Source of the DNA: Lepidodermella squamata
Lineage: Eukaryota; Animalia; Gastrotricha
Reading direction: 5' to 3'
Length of the DNA: 64,000 nt
NCBI GenBank assembly: GCA_047495785.1
Contig: JBLDXI010000023.1
Span: 248,001-312,000 of the forward strand
Made by a program: the position numbers and the translations under genes. Under the pieces are notes generated by a model. The model was not told where the DNA came from and made no database searches. It worked only from the letters and a program-made list of their open reading frames with translations. Below, in pieces: positions 59,801 through 64,000 of this stretch. The stretch's first letter is position 1. Each line of letters begins with the position of its first letter.

Positions 59801-62800
59801 GTGATTTGAACAATGCTCAATTGACTGGCGGTGATGGCACCAGAACTATCGAGTGGCCACAATGTCAAAACAAGCCGTTAAACGACCTTAACTTACAACT
59901 TAACAACATCTCGATTTTTTCGGGCGCTTTTCCCTGTTTATTTTATAAACCGGATAAAAGTGGCGACTTTTGCACCGATCGGACTCGGCAACCAACTCTT
60001 ACGGCTTGGGCGCGCCATTTAATGCGGTTGAGAAATGCAGCTCGATTTCGTCAACATTCAAGATTTAGGTACCTAATCCGTAACATAATTGTCCGAAAAC
60101 AAGCTCTTAATCAAGCGGATATGTTCATGCTTCAGCATCCGGATGTGAAAGACCTGACCAAAGCTGAATTTCAGCGAAAAGCTGCCGAAAATAAGTCAAA
60201 ATTACTGCGCGAAATATCCTTATTTGGCAGTAAGATCGGCGGTACGACAGCTTATTGGCGGAACTGTTGCAGCGAATTGCATGATACGGTTAAGCAAATA
60301 GGCTATCCGACCTTCTTTTTCACCTTTTCCCTTGCTGATATGCAGTGGCCAGATTTGCAAAAGCTAATGCCACTTCGGCCATGTGATAAGCCTAAAAAAG
60401 GTTCCAATTACGAAGAGGCGATGTTACGTTTGCGTGCTAATCCGGACAGAGCTGGTTTGTACCTACATAGCCGAGTTTTAGCGATGTTACGAACTGTCAT
60501 GCCAGTAGCTCTCGGAGAAATTGTTGATTTTTGGTTCCGATATGAATGGCAGTCTAGAGGTTCCGCTCACGTACATGGATTCGTATGGATAAAGAATGCG
60601 CCAGACATTCGCAAATTCAACCTTGAGAAGCCCGATGATCGGAAAACACTCGAAGATTATTTTGGGCAATATATTACCCATGTTTTTCCTTCGACGGAAC
60701 GTAAAGGAAGTCCAGCCGTAAATGCTCTTCAAATCGATGATGCAAAATTCATGGAATTGGTTCAAAATGCGCGTTTTTCTCAAGAGGGCAAAACGAAAAT
60801 GTTGGCTGTCTTAAATGATATTTTGCACCGGGCTCAGCGGCATGACAAGTGTTCGCCTTATTGTCTTGAAATGAAGAAAGGTCGAGTGGTTTGCCGCTTC
60901 AATTTTCCAAGAGTCATACGTCGTTGGTCTAAAATTGTACGCAACCCCAACAAAAGAAATCGTTGGCAATTCGAGCCGCCACGAAATGACCCTCGACTAA
61001 ACAACTACAATCCATTGATAAGTTTTGCGTGGCGCGGCAACAGCGATATCTGTCCGATCTTTGATGTTGAAGGGTTCCTTCGATACCTCCTGGGCTACGT
61101 TGCTAAAGGTGAAATACTTTTTCTGGAGGCAAAGGGCCTGTTGGACCAAATTTTTGCGGCTGAAATTTCTGAAAATTATGAAGCTGCCCGAATTATTCGT
61201 AAGCTATTCATGAAAACAGCCGGATCTCGTGATTACTCCGCGCAAGAGGTAATGCACCACCTCATTGGTTTACCGCTACATCTAAGTAGTCGAAAATGCG
61301 TCCGAATTAATCTTTACCCGCCTGAAAAGCGCAAAGTTGCTCGACCTCTGAAACGACATTTACAAGTTACATTGTGTGACCACTTAAAAGTCCAATCCAA
61401 TGCGCACGATGATTGGTCAATCGATCGTTGCTATGACTCCCGGATGAAACGTTCTGTCGTGCGATCCATAAGATTTTTTGCAACAAGTGTTTTTTGCCGC
61501 AGCAATTTACCACAATTAATATGGAGTTTACGCTCGTGGTCAATGGAAACCGGGCAGAGGGTGTGGCAAGGTCATTTTTTTCATAAATATAAAATAATTT
61601 ATTAGTGGATCGCACGACGGAAATGTTTCATTCCGGAGTCATTAGCAACAATAAATTGACCAATCAGCGTGCGCGCCAAGGTTCAACTTACCAGTGGTTC
61701 CACAATGTTAACATCCATGTTGAGGGCGACGAAGATGCGTCAATTTTCGCCGGAGATGGTATGGCGTCCAAAAGGGACATTTTGGTATTGTATAAACAGC
61801 GCGATAAGAAATTTGAATTACTTTCGTTATTTGAATTTGCAACGACCTTTGGGTGGCAGAAAAATGCTGCAACTGGTTACAAACTTGTCTTTGGCCCTCG
61901 AGATGTAAATAGCGATCATCAGTCGTTTTTCAGTGCTGAGCTGATCAGAACTCGTGGTGTTGCGTCCCGCGATGTTGCGGCTAATTGTCCCATTGATCCA
62001 GATATTGTCGAGGCCGCGCGCAACCATGGTATCTCTGATGACGCAGCTCTCGCTGAAGTTGAATGTGTTGACGTCGACGCTAATGTAGACGACCAGGTAG
62101 CTGGCATGAAACCGAAATCCTTGAAGAAGGCACGGTCAGATTCGAGACCTTATATTTTAAGAGTTTGGCCGCACGTTGCCATGGATAAAAGTAGTGAGGA
62201 GTACTGTCGTATTCAACTGCTATTATTTAAGCCTTTTCGTGTTGAGACTAGCGTCATGAATGGCTTTCCTAATCATGTTGAAGCTTTTGCTAGTTTCCTA
62301 GCTGAGCAACATATGTTCGATCCTAATTGTGAAGCAGGTCATCAGGCGTTAGATCTTGAAGGGCAAATATTTCAATCAAGTCTGCCGTCGTCTGTTGCAC
62401 CTGATAGCCAGGAAATTGTTCGGCAAAATCAAAGACTTCGCTTCATGAGCATGGTAGTAGCAGCAACAGGGCCTGGAAATTCAATATCTTCGGCGGGTTT
62501 TCATACCGATCGACTTGGTGAACGATTAGATGACGTTGTTAACGATTGGTTAGAACCTGGGCGTTTTTATGGTTCAAACTTGGTTGATCAAATGGTCGCG
62601 TTTATCGATGTCGAAAAAAAGAAGTCCAAAGTTACTGACTCTGATGATGAAAGTGGCGAAATCTCTGATTCAAACGAGCAACAGTCACAGCTTGTAATTC
62701 ATCCTAATGTAATGTTGGACGAGATAAATTATGGTGTTGATATTGATCGTCTGACGCCTGATCAGCGGCGTTTCGTCGACTACGTGTTAAACCATGCGAA

Positions 62801-64000
62801 GAAATCTATTTTAGATGGTGAAGCTTTGTCACCGCTTCGTCTTATTTGCTGTGGGAAAGCTGGGTCTGGCAAGAGTTTTGCCATGAATATATTGGTCAGT
62901 GCAATAACGCGCATGGCTGTTGATGCTCGATGCTCTAAACCCAATTTTCCTGTTGTCCAAAGAACGGCTCCAACTGGTTGCGCAGCGAAATTGATCCATG
63001 GTCAGACTATCCACAATTTTATTGGTATAGTTGGCAATGAGAATTGGAACTCATCAAAAGGCCTTACCCATCTTAGCGATAGCCGGGCGACAAGTTTGAA
63101 ACGAAAATACGCCAACACACGTTATATTCTCCTTGACGAGATGTCTATGCTTGGCTGTCGTGGTATATATGCAGTTCATGACAGGCTAACTCAAATATTC
63201 GGTACAGATAAGGCATCTATTTTTGCGAACATCTCCTTCATTTTGATGGGCGATTTTGGGCAAATTGCTCCAATTGGTGACAACCCGCTTTATTTGGGCA
63301 ATTCCTGTGACCAGCGAAGCATAGCTGGCCACGAAATTTACCTGTCGTTCAAAGCGGCTGTAGTTTTGGAATCTGATATGCGTCAGTCGGGTTATAATAT
63401 CGAGCAAATTCGCTTTCGTCAATTATTGAGCAACATCCGTGAGAACGCTACAACAGATGAAGACGTCAACTTGATTAAATCTCGCCATTTGAACAATCTA
63501 CCGGCAGAAGAACGCTCACGTTTTGATCACGCTATTCGTCTATTTTACAGCCGTAAAGAGGTCGATGCATTTAATTGGACATGTTTGCGATCAAGTGGCT
63601 GTTCAGTAGCTAGGATGGATGCCATTTGCCACGGTGAAGGCTCGAGCAATCGCGCTGCTGATAAAGCGAGTAACCTTGAGAAAACAATTTTTTTGTCCAA
63701 AGGTAGTCGCGTTATGCTAAATTCCAATGTGTGGACTGATGCTGGTTTGGTGAATGGCAGTTTTGGTATTATTATTGATATTATTTACCAAGCGATACGT
63801 GGGGCTGAGCAAATTTCTGGCCCGCCTTCGTTGCCAGTTGCTGTTCTTGTTGAATTTGACGATTATGATGGCCCAGCAATGACGTTGCCTGTTGGAAGAC
63901 TTGGCGAAACTGAGGTAAACCAACGTTTCAATCGCGTTGTACCTATCGTTCCTATCAAGCGCACTTTTAAAATTGGCAACAATCCGGCTCAACTTGAACG
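56896..64000 (+). mobile_element. Helitron encoding USP (C19) deubiquitinase-Rep (HUH)-Pif1 helicase; runs off the window end; interrupted by an insertion
   Basis: USP Cys box LRNEGNSCYLNA (57491-57526), QEDAEE, His box NHRGDSVHGGHY and NDS (about 58295-58380). Rep motifs GYPTFFFTFS, YEWQSRGSAHVHGFVW, YLLGYVAKGE. Helicase motifs GKAGSGKS (about 62853-62876), APTGCAA, ILLDEMSM, GDFGQIAP, MRQ, GLVNGSFG. Intron 57606-57661 and a possible intron 57280-57319. Element termini were not identified. Confidence 0.92.
61370..61707 (+). mobile_element. 338-bp non-autonomous TIR element with TTA TSD (possibly CMC/Chapaev3-like) inserted in the Helitron ORF
   Basis: TTA|CATTGTGTGACCACT ... AGTGGTTCCACAATG|TTA. 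Removing the element plus one TTA restores the Rep-helicase frame. Confidence 0.9.

Noticed and set aside
61367-61615. C-terminus of the 1364-aa ORF and matching ORFs at 49712-49973
   Set aside because: This is read-through into the inserted TIR element, not a real shared protein domain.
61370-61707. CACAATG terminus suggesting a Transib/RAG-like RSS heptamer
   Set aside because: The element starts 5'-CATTGTG (opposite orientation) and has a 3-bp rather than a 5-bp TSD.

Overview
This is an invertebrate animal (eukaryotic) genomic window with short GT-AG introns and a heavy transposon load. From 5' to 3' it holds: a 1.4 kb cluster of eight intact tRNA genes of different isotypes plus a 5'-damaged tRNA-Arg; a 13-exon secreted astacin-like/EGF/CUB/kringle gene whose zinc-binding motif is destroyed and whose 11.8 kb first intron carries two LINEs and nested MITEs; three GABA-B-like class C GPCR genes plus a pseudogenic copy; an alpha-1,3-fucosyltransferase; TFIP11; a 4-exon P-loop ATPase that resembles a fungal/protist family; several LINE fragments; and a Helitron running off the window end. 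The Helitron is the most notable item: it appears to fuse a catalytically intact USP (C19) deubiquitinase to the Rep-Pif1 helicase, and is interrupted by one 338-bp TIR element whose removal restores the frame. Second, the two diverged LINEs share an exact 32-nt 5' leader and a UGAUG stop-start junction. All exon models were read and phase-checked by hand. No database searches were possible, so family names rest on motif recognition.
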